Source: an uncultured bacterium (GTDB lineage Bacteria; Lernaellota; Lernaellaia; Lernaellales; Lernaellaceae). Taken from it: 25,693 bases of DNA. The DNA lies in the NCBI GenBank assembly GCA_964534375.1, contig CAZHPN010000075.1:1-25693 (forward strand). The letters run 5' to 3'. A program made the translations under genes and the position numbers. Under the pieces are notes generated by a model. That model was not told the DNA's origin. It was given only the letters and a program-made list of their open reading frames with translations, and did not search any database. This document shows positions 10,606 to 19,326 of this stretch, piece by piece (positions within the stretch are counted from its first letter, which is position 1; each line of letters begins with the position of its first letter).

Positions 10606-13107
10606 GTGGCCTTTGAGTTTCCGAAAAATTACGAACCGCAAACGGCCGAGCCGCGCCTGCGCGCGATGTGGGATTTGCTCGGCGTGTACCGCTTCGATCC
10701 GGCGAGCGAGAAGCCGATTTTTTCGATCGACACGCCGCCGCCGTACGTGTCGTCGGCGCACCTGCACGTCGGCCACGCGATGAGCTACAGCCAGGCGGAA
10801 TTCGTTATCCGCTACAAGCGGATGCGCGGCTTCAACGTTTTTTATCCGATGGGCTTCGACGACAACGGGCTGCCGACCGAGCGCTACGTCGAGACGAAAT
10901 ACAAGATCGACAAGGGCAAAATTTCGCGGCCGGAATTCGTAGAACTGTGCCTCAAGGAAACGAAGATCGGCGCGCAGACCTACCGCGACCTGTGGGAGGC
11001 GCTGGCGATCGGCGTCGATTGGTCGCTCACCTATTCGACGATCGATCCGCGCAGCCGCTGCACCAGCCAGACCAGCTTTGTCGATCTGTACGAGAAAGGG
11101 CTGATCGAGCGGCGCGAAGAGCCGATCCAATTTTGCTTTTTCTGCCAGACCAGCCTCGCCCAGGCCGACGTGGAAATCGAAGAAAAAAACAGTTTTCTCA
11201 ATGACATCGTTTTCGTCGGCGAGGGCGGCGAGCGGCTGATCATTTCGACCTCGCGGCCCGAACTGCTGCCGGCGTGCGTGGCGCTGTACGTCCACCCCGA
11301 AGACGAGCGCTACCGCCATTTGATCGGCAAAACGGCGCGCGTGCCGCTGTTCGATTATTCCGTGCCGATCAAGGCCGGCGAGGCGGTCGATATGAGCTTC
11401 GGCACGGGCCTGATGATGGTCTGCACCTGGGGCGACAACGACGACGTGATCAAGTGGAAGGAAGACCGTCTCGAAACGCGCGTCGTGTTCGACACGCACG
11501 GCAAGCTGAACGAACTCGGCGGCAAATTCGCCGGCCTGAGCGTCGAGAAAGCGCGCGCGGCGATCATCGCGGACCTCAAAGAGACCGGCCTGCTGCTCAA
11601 ATCCGAGCCGCTGGTCCACAACGTCGGCGTGCACGAGCGCTGCGGCCACACGGTCGAGTTCCACCACAGCCCGCAGTGGTTCATCAAAATTCTGCCGTTC
11701 AAAGACGATTACCTGAAGCGCGCGCAGGCGCTGGGCTGGTTCCCGCCGTTCATGAGCGTGCGCTACGACGATTGGGTGAAGGGCCTGAAATGGGATTGGT
11801 GCATCAGCCGCCAGCGCTATTACGGCGTGCCGTTTCCCGTGTGGTATTGCACGGGCTGCAAGGCGCCGTACATCGCGCCGCGCGACGCGCTGCCGGTCGA
11901 CCCGACCCAGACCCCGCCGCCGCCCGACGCCCGCTGCCCCGACTGCGGCATGACCGAATTCGTCGGCGAGCCCGACGTGATGGACACCTGGATGACCTCG
12001 TCGTTGACCCCGCTGATCAACTCGCGCTGGGCCTTCGACGACCCGTTGCACGCGAAGATTTACCCGATGGACGTGCGCGTGCAGGCGTTCGAGATCATCC
12101 GCACCTGGCTTTTTTACACCGTCGTGAAAAGCCACCACCACACCGACACGCTGCCGTGGAAGCAGGTGATGATCAGCGGCTGGGGCCTCGACGAAAAAGG
12201 CAAGAAGATGTCGAAGCGGGCCGGCAATTTCGTCGACCCGCAGGACGTCATCAAGAAATACAGCGCCGACGCACTTCGTTATTGGTCGGCCGGCGCGAAC
12301 CTGGGCAACGACCTGCGCTACAGCGAGCGCGACGTGGCCGACGGCAAACGGCTGATGAACAAGCTGTGGAACGCGATCCGCTTCATCGCGATGGGATTGC
12401 AGGACAAGGACGGCAAGATCCTGACGCTGGCGCCCGGAACTCCGACGCCGGTCGATCGCTGGATTCTCTCGCGTTACAACCAGGTCGTGAAGCAATCGAC
12501 CGCGAGCTTTGATGAATACGACTACAGCGTCGCGCTGAAGACCGCCGAACGGTTCTTCTTCGCCGAGTTCTGCGACAACTACCTGGAAATCGTCAAGGAA
12601 CGGTTCTGGAATCCGGAGCGCTTCCCGAGCGGCCAGGTCGACGCCGCGCGGCACACGCTGTTCACCATCGGCCTGGGCGTGCTCAAGCTGTTCGCGCCGT
12701 TCATTCCGTACATCACGGAAGACCTTTACCAAATCGTCTTCAAGCAATACGGCGGGCCGGAATCGCTGCACGTCGCGCCCTGGCCGGAAGCCGATGACGC
12801 CGCGGTGGACGAGCAGGCCGACGAACTCGGCCGCACGCTCGTGGCGATCCTCACCGGCGCCCGCCGCTGGAAAACCGGGCAAAACGCGCACCAGGGACAC
12901 CCGCTGCGCTCGATGCGCGTCACCTGTCCGGATCGCCTGCGCGAAACCTTGTCGCCGGCGCTCGAAGATTTGCGCGCGGCGGCGCGCGCCGAGGCGATCG
13001 ACTTCGGCGACGGCGGCGACGTCGCGACCGAGATGGAAGGCGTAACCCTCGCCCTGGAATTGGGCGAAAAGAAACCGCGGGAAAAGGAAAAGCCCGGCGG
13101 CGAATAG
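10606..13107 (+). CDS. valS: Valine--tRNA ligase, type 2 (archaeal-like)
   Basis: GTG start after SD AAGGAGGA. Motifs FSIDTPPPYVS, HVGH, PMGFDDNGLPTE, GTGLMMVCTWGD, WDWCISRQRYYGVPFP, DVMDTW and KMSKR. No C-terminal coiled-coil arm. Confidence 0.96.
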   Translation: MAFEFPKNYEPQTAEPRLRAMWDLLGVYRFDPASEKPIFSIDTPPPYVSSAHLHVGHAMSYSQAEFVIRYKRMRGFNVFYPMGFDDNGLPTERYVETKYKIDKGKISRPEFVELCLKETKIGAQTYRDLWEALAIGVDWSLTYSTIDPRSRCTSQTSFVDLYEKGLIERREEPIQFCFFCQTSLAQADVEIEEKNSFLNDIVFVGEGGERLIISTSRPELLPACVALYVHPEDERYRHLIGKTARVPLFDYSVPIKAGEAVDMSFGTGLMMVCTWGDNDDVIKWKEDRLETRVVFDTHGKLNELGGKFAGLSVEKARAAIIADLKETGLLLKSEPLVHNVGVHERCGHTVEFHHSPQWFIKILPFKDDYLKRAQALGWFPPFMSVRYDDWVKGLKWDWCISRQRYYGVPFPVWYCTGCKAPYIAPRDALPVDPTQTPPPPDARCPDCGMTEFVGEPDVMDTWMTSSLTPLINSRWAFDDPLHAKIYPMDVRVQAFEIIRTWLFYTVVKSHHHTDTLPWKQVMISGWGLDEKGKKMSKRAGNFVDPQDVIKKYSADALRYWSAGANLGNDLRYSERDVADGKRLMNKLWNAIRFIAMGLQDKDGKILTLAPGTPTPVDRWILSRYNQVVKQSTASFDEYDYSVALKTAERFFFAEFCDNYLEIVKERFWNPERFPSGQVDAARHTLFTIGLGVLKLFAPFIPYITEDLYQIVFKQYGGPESLHVAPWPEADDAAVDEQADELGRTLVAILTGARRWKTGQNAHQGHPLRSMRVTCPDRLRETLSPALEDLRAAARAEAIDFGDGGDVATEMEGVTLALELGEKKPREKEKPGGE

Positions 13108-13113
13108 GCCGCG

Positions 13114-13138
13114 CGACGGCGCCGGCAGGGCGCCGTCG
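13114..13138 (+). terminator. Hairpin after the valS stop
   Basis: CGACGGCGCC / GGCGCCGTCG, a 10-bp stem with a 5-nt loop and no U-tract. Confidence 0.4.
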
Positions 13139-13180
13139 GACGTTGGCCGTCGGCCGCGTGGTCAATAGGCGTGATTTTCC

Positions 13181-15211
13181 ATGTCGGAATGTCGGCTCGC
13201 GCTGAAGAAAATGCTCGCGGCCCTCACCGAACCCGGCCGCAGCCGGATGATCGAGAAATGCATTTGGCTTTGTCTGGGCGTGCTCTGGCTGTATTTCAAC
13301 ATCTTTTGTTTTTTCCGCGACAACGGGGGGTGGACGAGCGAAGAGCAGCCGGATTGCGGCATGCTCGCGACCGGATTGCGGGACGGTCTGGCGGCGTCCC
13401 CCTGGTATTACCAGCACTATCACGCGACCGGCACTTTGGTTTTCGGCCTGCTGCTGTGGCCCGTGTACGCCGTCGCCGGCTCGTCGTTCATCTGGATCAA
13501 ACTGCTTAGTTTCCTTTTTGTCGCCGGCGGCATGCTGTTTTGGACGGCGGCCCTGCGGCGGGCCTGGGGCCTGCGAACGGCCGTCATTTTTTTCTTGTGG
13601 CTGCTCTTTCCGCCGCCGTTTCTAGAGTGGCAGCTTCACCAGGCGTGGGCCAATCACGCAGAAAGCCTGTTTTTCTCCGGGTTGCTGCTGTTTATTTTTG
13701 TGCGGCTCTCTGTCCAACGCTTGGGTTTTCGGGAATCTCTGGCGCTCGGCCTGATCGGCGGCGCGGCCTGTTTTTTCTGCCTGGACAACGTGCTCGTCGT
13801 GCTGGCGTTGGCGGCGACGATCGTCTTGCGTTGGCGGCAGCACGGAGCTCGGCGTCTTCTTTGGCCCATGAGTTTCGGTTTTTTCGGCGGGTTCTTTCCG
13901 GCTTTTTTCTCGCGGAACCTGCCGACCAGCGGTCAAGCCCACGCGCCCATCATGGGAAAATCAATGCTGCTCGAATGCGGACGCCGTCTGGCGGACTTGG
14001 TCTTCCATGTTCTTCCTCGATCTGCGGATTACCATGGACCGGCCGGCCGCTGGCTATCGCTGGCCTGGTTTCTATTCGCCGGTTTCGGCGTCATCCTTGC
14101 GCTGCGGCGCGCCGCCGGAGCGGAAGCGCAAGGGTCGGCCGAGCGTTGGCTGGCCCTGGCGCTCTTCTTTCATTTGACGTTTTTCGCCGTGGCGAACGGG
14201 TTCTCGGCGTTGCATGTCGAGCAGGGGTCCACCGACTGGGGGCTCCACTATGCGTGGCGGTATTTGACGATGATCTTCTTGACCATGCTCGCCTTCGTTG
14301 CGTATTTCCTGCGGCGCTGGCGGGGTGCCTGGCCCTGGCTCTTGCTGTTTCCGTTTCTGGCGGCGGGATGCGTCAACCTCACCGATGGCGTCCAATTCCG
14401 CACGGCGGCGCTGGTCCGAAATTTTCATGAAGTCGCGGCGCGGCGGGGCGACGACTATCTCCGTTTTGTCCGCGTTTTTCTGCCGGCGAGTTGGAAAAGC
14501 CAGGACGGCGCCTTCGCTTCCGTGGCCCGCTTGCCGCGCCGGTGGCGCGGCGAAGGCTACGCGGCGCTCGGCCGGCGCTGGCCGGCCGCGCAGGTGCTGG
14601 ACGCTGTCGTCAGCGCTGATTCGCTGTCCGACGAAGTGCGCTGCAATCTGGCGGCCGGCTCGGGCCGCGCTTTTTTGCGCAGCATTCCTGCGGACCCGAG
14701 AGCGTTCGACGCTATCGCCGCGGAGCAAACGGCTCCGCTTCCTCGAATGCGAGCCTTGAACGCGCCGGCCGCCCGCTCGTTTGTCGAAGGATTGGCCGCC
14801 GAGATCCAGTACCACGAGGTCGGCGGTTTTCCGGCGGCGGCCTGGGGCGGCTACCTACGCGGTCTGCTTCCGCAACTGGACGACCGCGAATTCGCGCGGG
14901 CGCTCGCCCGGGGCGTCGGTCTGTGGATCGGCGGCCAATTCGTCGATTTCCCCGACAAAAAAATCACCCCGTATCTCGCGCCGTTCGGGCCGGCGTTTCA
15001 TGTTGAAATCGGCGACGAGGCGTTCGCTGCTTTCGCCGAGGGCGTCGCGGAAGGACGGGCGACCGCGATTGCCAACACGTTGCGGCGCGTCAGCTTTGCT
15101 GGACGCGAGCGCGGGGCGCCGGCGATCCGCGAGGCGTTGTCGCGGCGCGGCATCGAGTTGCGGCCGGCCCCCGGCGAGCCGGACGCATTCGACCTGGAAA
15201 TCCGGCCGTGA
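13181..15211 (+). CDS. Polytopic membrane protein, probable GT-C (ArnT/PMT-like) glycosyltransferase, paralog 1
   Basis: Roughly 10-11 hydrophobic segments, an acidic EE pair in the loop after TM1, GSSFIWIK, FPPPF and NHAES motifs, and a soluble C-terminal domain. The true start may be a later Met (MLAA or MIEK). Confidence 0.6.
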   Translation: MSECRLALKKMLAALTEPGRSRMIEKCIWLCLGVLWLYFNIFCFFRDNGGWTSEEQPDCGMLATGLRDGLAASPWYYQHYHATGTLVFGLLLWPVYAVAGSSFIWIKLLSFLFVAGGMLFWTAALRRAWGLRTAVIFFLWLLFPPPFLEWQLHQAWANHAESLFFSGLLLFIFVRLSVQRLGFRESLALGLIGGAACFFCLDNVLVVLALAATIVLRWRQHGARRLLWPMSFGFFGGFFPAFFSRNLPTSGQAHAPIMGKSMLLECGRRLADLVFHVLPRSADYHGPAGRWLSLAWFLFAGFGVILALRRAAGAEAQGSAERWLALALFFHLTFFAVANGFSALHVEQGSTDWGLHYAWRYLTMIFLTMLAFVAYFLRRWRGAWPWLLLFPFLAAGCVNLTDGVQFRTAALVRNFHEVAARRGDDYLRFVRVFLPASWKSQDGAFASVARLPRRWRGEGYAALGRRWPAAQVLDAVVSADSLSDEVRCNLAAGSGRAFLRSIPADPRAFDAIAAEQTAPLPRMRALNAPAARSFVEGLAAEIQYHEVGGFPAAAWGGYLRGLLPQLDDREFARALARGVGLWIGGQFVDFPDKKITPYLAPFGPAFHVEIGDEAFAAFAEGVAEGRATAIANTLRRVSFAGRERGAPAIREALSRRGIELRPAPGEPDAFDLEIRP

Positions 15212-17244
15212 GCGACAAACGTCATATTTACGCGGCGCATCTCGGCCGACTGGCGGCCGATCCGGACCAGCGCCGGCGGTGGGAAAAATACCTGTGGCTT
15301 TTCCTGGTTGCCGTATGGCTGTTCTTCAACGTCTTCGGCTTTTTCCGCAACATGTGGTGGTGGGCGTTCGACGACCAGGCCGACACGGGCACGCTGGCCA
15401 CCGGCCTGGTGGAAGGCCTGGCCACCTCCCCGTGGTGGTACCAAAACAGCCATGAAACCGGGTCGCTGGTCTTCGGCGTCTTGCTGTATCCGGTCTACGC
15501 GCTGGCCGGTTCGTCGTTTCTCTGGCTCAAAATATTGAGCTTTGCCGCGGTCGCCGGCGGATTTTTCTTCTGGACGGCAGCGCTGCGGCGGGCCTGGGGG
15601 CCGACCGCCGCGGTGATTTTCTTTCTCTGGCTGCTGTTTCCGCCGCCTTTTTTAGAATGGCACGTTCACCAGTGCTGGGCCCAGCACGTCGAAAGCTTCT
15701 TCTTTTCGGGGTTGCTGGTCTTCCTGTTCGTCCGGCTGCACGATTCGCTGCCGCGATTTTGGGAATCGTTGGCGCTGGGCTTGTCGGCCGGGTTCGCGTC
15801 GTTTTTCTGCATGGACAACCTGTTGATCGCGGGGGCGTTGGCGGCCATCGCGGTCTGGCGTTGGCGCCGGCCCGGGCTCGTCCGCTTGCTCTGGCCGACG
15901 GCGCTCGGGTTTTTGGCGACCTTTTCTCCGAGCCGGTTCTCGCCCGTCCTGCCTGTGCCGTCGCACGAGATCTGGTCGTTTTTTCATCCGTCGGCGCTTC
16001 TCGAATGCGGGCGGCGCTGGACCGATCTGGTTCTCCGGGCCCTGCCGAATTGCGCCGGCTACCGTGGCGCCGCCGGCGCGTGGATGTCGGCGGCCTGGCT
16101 GCTGCTCGTCGGGCTCGGCGTCGGCCGGGTCCTCTGGAACGCCCGAACCGCCAAGGCGAAACCCGAGGGGCCCGATTGGCTGGCGGCCGTGCTGCTGCTG
16201 CAATTGTTATTTTTCGCGCTGGCGGTCGGCATGTCCAATCACCAGGTCGAATTCGGCGCCGGATCCGACCTCGATTTCTATTTGTCGCGCCGCTATCTGC
16301 TCATCGTGTTCCCGGCGCTGCTGGCGCTGGCCTCCGCTTTCCTCGCGCGATCGCGCGGCCCGTGGAAATGGCTGTTGATGGCGCCGTTTCTCGTCGCCGG
16401 CTGCGCCAATCTGACATCCGGCGTCGATTTCCGCGGCGGCGCTTTGGCCGCCAAATATCACGGACTGCGAATCCGGCGCGGCGACGATTATCATCGCTTC
16501 GTCTACGCGGCGTTGCCGCTTTCGTGGCGGAACCAACGCGACGCCCTCGCGTCCGTCGCCCGGTTGCCGCGGCGCTGGCGCGACGAAGGGTATGAGAGCG
16601 TCGGTCTGTGGCGGCCGCTCGGCGAGACCCTCGAAGCGGCGGCGAACGATGGCGGCCTGGCGGTCGACGCGCGGCGCGGCTTGGCCGCCGGAGCAGGCCG
16701 CGGCCTGGTGCAGCACGGGCGCGCAGATCGGCGGCTGGAGGGCTATTCCGAGGCCGACGCGGCGGCGATTTTCGCACTTGTGAACGCGTTGGACAAACCG
16801 CTCGCGCTGTCGTTCGCGATGGGGCTCGGCCGGGAAATCCAGGCACGGGAAGCCGTCGGCGCATCGGCGACCGACCTCGCCTCATGGGCCCGTTCCCTGT
16901 TGCCGCAATTGACCGCCGCAGAACTGTTTCGCTGCTTCGTTCGCGGCTACGGCGTGTGGCTGGGCTTGACGATCCATTCGTTCGACGAACCGGCAAAAAT
17001 GCGCAAGATCGCCGTGTACGAACGGGCGTTCGGAGCGGAATTTGACGACGACGGGAAAGCGGCCGTTGCCGACGGCCTCGCGGCCGGGCGCGCGATCAGC
17101 GTGGCGAACGACTTCACGCGCTTCGTCTACGACTACCCGCCAGCCGACTTTCCCGCGTTCCGCGACGCGCTGGAGCGATTAGGCATTCGCCTGCGGCCGA
17201 CGGTTGGCGTCGCCAATGAGTACGTACTGGTAATAGGGCAGTAG
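15208..17244 (+). CDS. Polytopic membrane protein, probable GT-C (ArnT/PMT-like) glycosyltransferase, paralog 2
   Basis: Colinear with paralog 1 (both have FWTAALRRAWG..AVIFFLWLLFPPPFLEW, RRGDDY and SVARLPRRWR). DD pair after TM1. GTGA start/stop overlap at 15208-15211. Confidence 0.6.
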   Translation: MSDKRHIYAAHLGRLAADPDQRRRWEKYLWLFLVAVWLFFNVFGFFRNMWWWAFDDQADTGTLATGLVEGLATSPWWYQNSHETGSLVFGVLLYPVYALAGSSFLWLKILSFAAVAGGFFFWTAALRRAWGPTAAVIFFLWLLFPPPFLEWHVHQCWAQHVESFFFSGLLVFLFVRLHDSLPRFWESLALGLSAGFASFFCMDNLLIAGALAAIAVWRWRRPGLVRLLWPTALGFLATFSPSRFSPVLPVPSHEIWSFFHPSALLECGRRWTDLVLRALPNCAGYRGAAGAWMSAAWLLLVGLGVGRVLWNARTAKAKPEGPDWLAAVLLLQLLFFALAVGMSNHQVEFGAGSDLDFYLSRRYLLIVFPALLALASAFLARSRGPWKWLLMAPFLVAGCANLTSGVDFRGGALAAKYHGLRIRRGDDYHRFVYAALPLSWRNQRDALASVARLPRRWRDEGYESVGLWRPLGETLEAAANDGGLAVDARRGLAAGAGRGLVQHGRADRRLEGYSEADAAAIFALVNALDKPLALSFAMGLGREIQAREAVGASATDLASWARSLLPQLTAAELFRCFVRGYGVWLGLTIHSFDEPAKMRKIAVYERAFGAEFDDDGKAAVADGLAAGRAISVANDFTRFVYDYPPADFPAFRDALERLGIRLRPTVGVANEYVLVIGQ

Positions 17245-17252
17245 ACGCTGGA

Positions 17253-17446
17253 CCCTCACCCGCCTCGCTACGCTCGGCGACCTCTCCCGGGGGGAGAGGT
17301 GATTACCGCGCTTCCTCTCCCTTTGGGAGAGGGCGGGGGTGAGGGCCCTCACCCGGCCTGCGGCCGACCTCTCCCAGAGGGAGAGGTGAAGACGCCCTCA
17401 CCCGCCTCGCCGCGCTCGGCGACCTCTCCCGGGGGGAGAGGTGATT
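17253..17446. repeat. REP/BIME-like cluster of CCCTCACCC...CCTCTCCC-GGGAGAGG palindromic units
   Basis: 52-bp direct repeats at 17253-17304 and 17395-17446 with 2 mismatches, a variant unit at about 17346-17389 and an inverted unit at about 17314-17345. Lies between convergent genes. Confidence 0.9.
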
Positions 17447-17450
17447 CCGT

Positions 17451-18890
17451 TCACCAAAACGCCACGCCGCCCGGGCTGTTCAGCGCGACATGGAAATCGA
17501 CCGCGTACGGATCGGCGCCGTGGATCGCCCACACGACGCTATCGCCTTGATCGCAGACGTACGCGTCGCCGGTCGCCGGGTGCACGCCCAGCGCCTGCAC
17601 CCATTCCGCGTTGGCGATGACGATCGGGTTGTCGGCGTCGCGCAGCACGGTGTTGTCCGACGTGTCGAAGACGTACACGTCGCCGGCCAGGCCCTCGCCG
17701 ACGAACGCCAGGCCCGAAGACCCAATGCTGATCGGCCCGGGCGCCGAGCCGAGCGCGAACGAATCGACGACCGTCAGGCCGCTCGGGTCGATTTGCGCGA
17801 CCCCGCCTTTGTTCGAAGCGAAATCGCCGGAACTGACGAGGTACAGTTTCGCGCCGTCGGCGGTGACGGCGAAGTAGGCCGGGTCGAGCGTCGCGATCGG
17901 AATGCGCTGCTTGATTTGCGCCTGCGTCGGGTCGAACACGATCACCTGGCCCGAACCGTAGGTGTCGTTGCTGAGATCGAAGCCGGTGCAGGCGATAAAG
18001 ATCAGGTCGTTCGCCGCGATCACGCCGGCGGGCGCGCAGCCGCTGTCGAGCGTGAAATAGACGACCGGCGTGTTCACCGGATCGGCGAGATCGACTTTGG
18101 CCAGTTGGTTGCTGAGGTTGCCCGTGACATAGGCTTTGCCGTTCAGCGGCGCCGCGGCCCACGGGGCCGCGAGCGTGAGCGGCACATCGACGTACGTGAG
18201 GCCGTCGAGCGTGACCACAATCAATTTTTCTTTGCCGTTCGGGGTCGGCTTGCCGCTGCCCGAGTCGGTGAGCAGAAGTTGGCCGTTGTCGTACTTGATG
18301 TCGTTCAAGAGCGCTCCGATCTGGCCGGCGCCGAGCAGATCGGGCACGGCGGTCTGGCTGCCGCGGTCGATGGCCTCGAGCACGCCGCCCTGGTTGTCGA
18401 ACGTGTAGACGTCCGGCCCGACCAGCACGGTCGCGTCGCCTGTCACCTGGCCGATTGCCGCGTGCACCAGCGTCTTGCCGTTCTTGACGCCTTTCACGAG
18501 GCCGGTTTGGTCGACGGTCGCAATCGTTTGGTCGTCGATCGTCCACGTGAAGCCGCTCGTCACCGGATGGCCGCCGATCGTGCCCGACGCGGCGTACGCG
18601 AACGTCGTCGTCGCCGGGATCATCCGCGCCGCCGGCGTCACCACGATCGAGTCGCTGTCGTCGTCGGCCGGCGAGGCGTCGTCGTCGGGCGACGAATCAT
18701 CGTTGTCGTCATCGTCGGGCGAGGCGTCGTTGTCGTCATCGTCGTCGGCCGGCGAAGCGTCGTCGTCGGCCGGCGGCGCCGCCGAACTGGAGCTGGAACT
18801 CTTGCCGCAGCCGCCGAAGGACAGCGCCGCGGCGGCCAAGACGGCCAGCAGTACGATCGGCAGGGCCCAGCGATCCACACTTCTCTTCAT
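17451..18890 (-). CDS. Lipoprotein with Asp-rich tether, Ig-like (Big_2) domain and YncE-like beta-propeller; candidate BtuG-like cobalamin-binding protein
   Basis: Signal peptide ending FGG-C28, a Ser/Asp linker, an Ig group 2 pattern (TWTIDDQTIATVDQTGLVKGVKNGKTLVHA) and repeated blade motifs (KAYVTG, KLYLVS, LAFVGE, DAYVCD). SD AAAGGAG. Directly downstream of a cobalamin riboswitch. Confidence 0.7.
   Translation of the reverse strand: MKRSVDRWALPIVLLAVLAAAALSFGGCGKSSSSSSAAPPADDDASPADDDDDNDASPDDDDNDDSSPDDDASPADDDSDSIVVTPAARMIPATTTFAYAASGTIGGHPVTSGFTWTIDDQTIATVDQTGLVKGVKNGKTLVHAAIGQVTGDATVLVGPDVYTFDNQGGVLEAIDRGSQTAVPDLLGAGQIGALLNDIKYDNGQLLLTDSGSGKPTPNGKEKLIVVTLDGLTYVDVPLTLAAPWAAAPLNGKAYVTGNLSNQLAKVDLADPVNTPVVYFTLDSGCAPAGVIAANDLIFIACTGFDLSNDTYGSGQVIVFDPTQAQIKQRIPIATLDPAYFAVTADGAKLYLVSSGDFASNKGGVAQIDPSGLTVVDSFALGSAPGPISIGSSGLAFVGEGLAGDVYVFDTSDNTVLRDADNPIVIANAEWVQALGVHPATGDAYVCDQGDSVVWAIHGADPYAVDFHVALNSPGGVAFW
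18651..18770 (-). repeat. Coding low-complexity repeat encoding ADDDASPADDDDDNDASPDDDDNDDSSPDDDASPADDDSD
   Basis: Four degenerate DxSP-ending acidic units following the lipobox and Ser run. Confidence 0.85.
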
Positions 18891-19021
18891 TGCTTGTCTC
18901 CTTTCAAAAAAACGGTTGTGGAACGTCGGACCGACCGGATCGAAGGGAGGTCAGGGTGGGCGGGAAACCGAGCGTCCGGCCCGACCTGGCTCTCTTTCCT
19001 CGAAGAGCCGGAAGGTCGCAT

Positions 19022-19178
19022 CGCGACGCATCAGGTTTCCTGGCTTGGGTTTCTCGTCGACCGCCGCCTTCCCAGGCCTCAGGCCCAGTGGCGTGTTGGC
19101 GGCCGGCTCGTCCCCTTACAGTGGCGGGACCGCGCCGGTTTTGCACCGGCTTCCCTAGATGCGCCGCACTTGAAACGA
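19022..19178 (-). ncRNA. Cobalamin riboswitch (long, AdoCbl-type)
   Basis: The minus strand reads AGGGAA-GCCGGTGCAAAACCGGC-GCGGTCCCGCCACTGTAA...GCCACTGGGCCTGAGGCCTGGGAAG...AAGCCAGGAAACCTG, i.e. the hallmark elements in order including the B12 box. Ends are approximate. Confidence 0.95.
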
Positions 19179-19182
19179 GCGG

Positions 19183-19211
19183 AACATACACCAACGGCGG
19201 GCCGGCGGCAA
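19183..19211 (-). promoter_or_regulatory. Putative sigma70 promoter driving the riboswitch leader
   Basis: On the minus strand: TTGCCG (19211-19206), 17-bp spacer, TATGTT (19188-19183), immediately 5' of the aptamer. Confidence 0.55.
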
Positions 19212-19326
19212 GCGACCGCCGGCGTCGTTTCGCCCCCTTCGACTACGCCGGCGCCGCGACAATCGCGTCATGACGACAAAGGCGGCCGCGGGGCCGCCTC
19301 GCCGGATGCGCTGTATTGCGCGGGCG

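Noticed and set aside
9808..12900. Apparent 1030-aa protein ending in a Fur domain (a giant Fur fusion)
   Set aside because: The upstream part is antisense to valS and crosses the intergenic repeat. Fur has its own SD, ATG (10272) and promoter.
17253..17446. Possible CRISPR array
   Set aside because: Units are in mixed orientation, the intervening sequences are themselves repeat variants rather than unique spacers, and there are no cas genes.
17299..17550. 83-aa ORF MITALPLPLGEGGGEG...
   Set aside because: It is a translation of the REP palindromes and overlaps the end of the opposite-strand lipoprotein gene.
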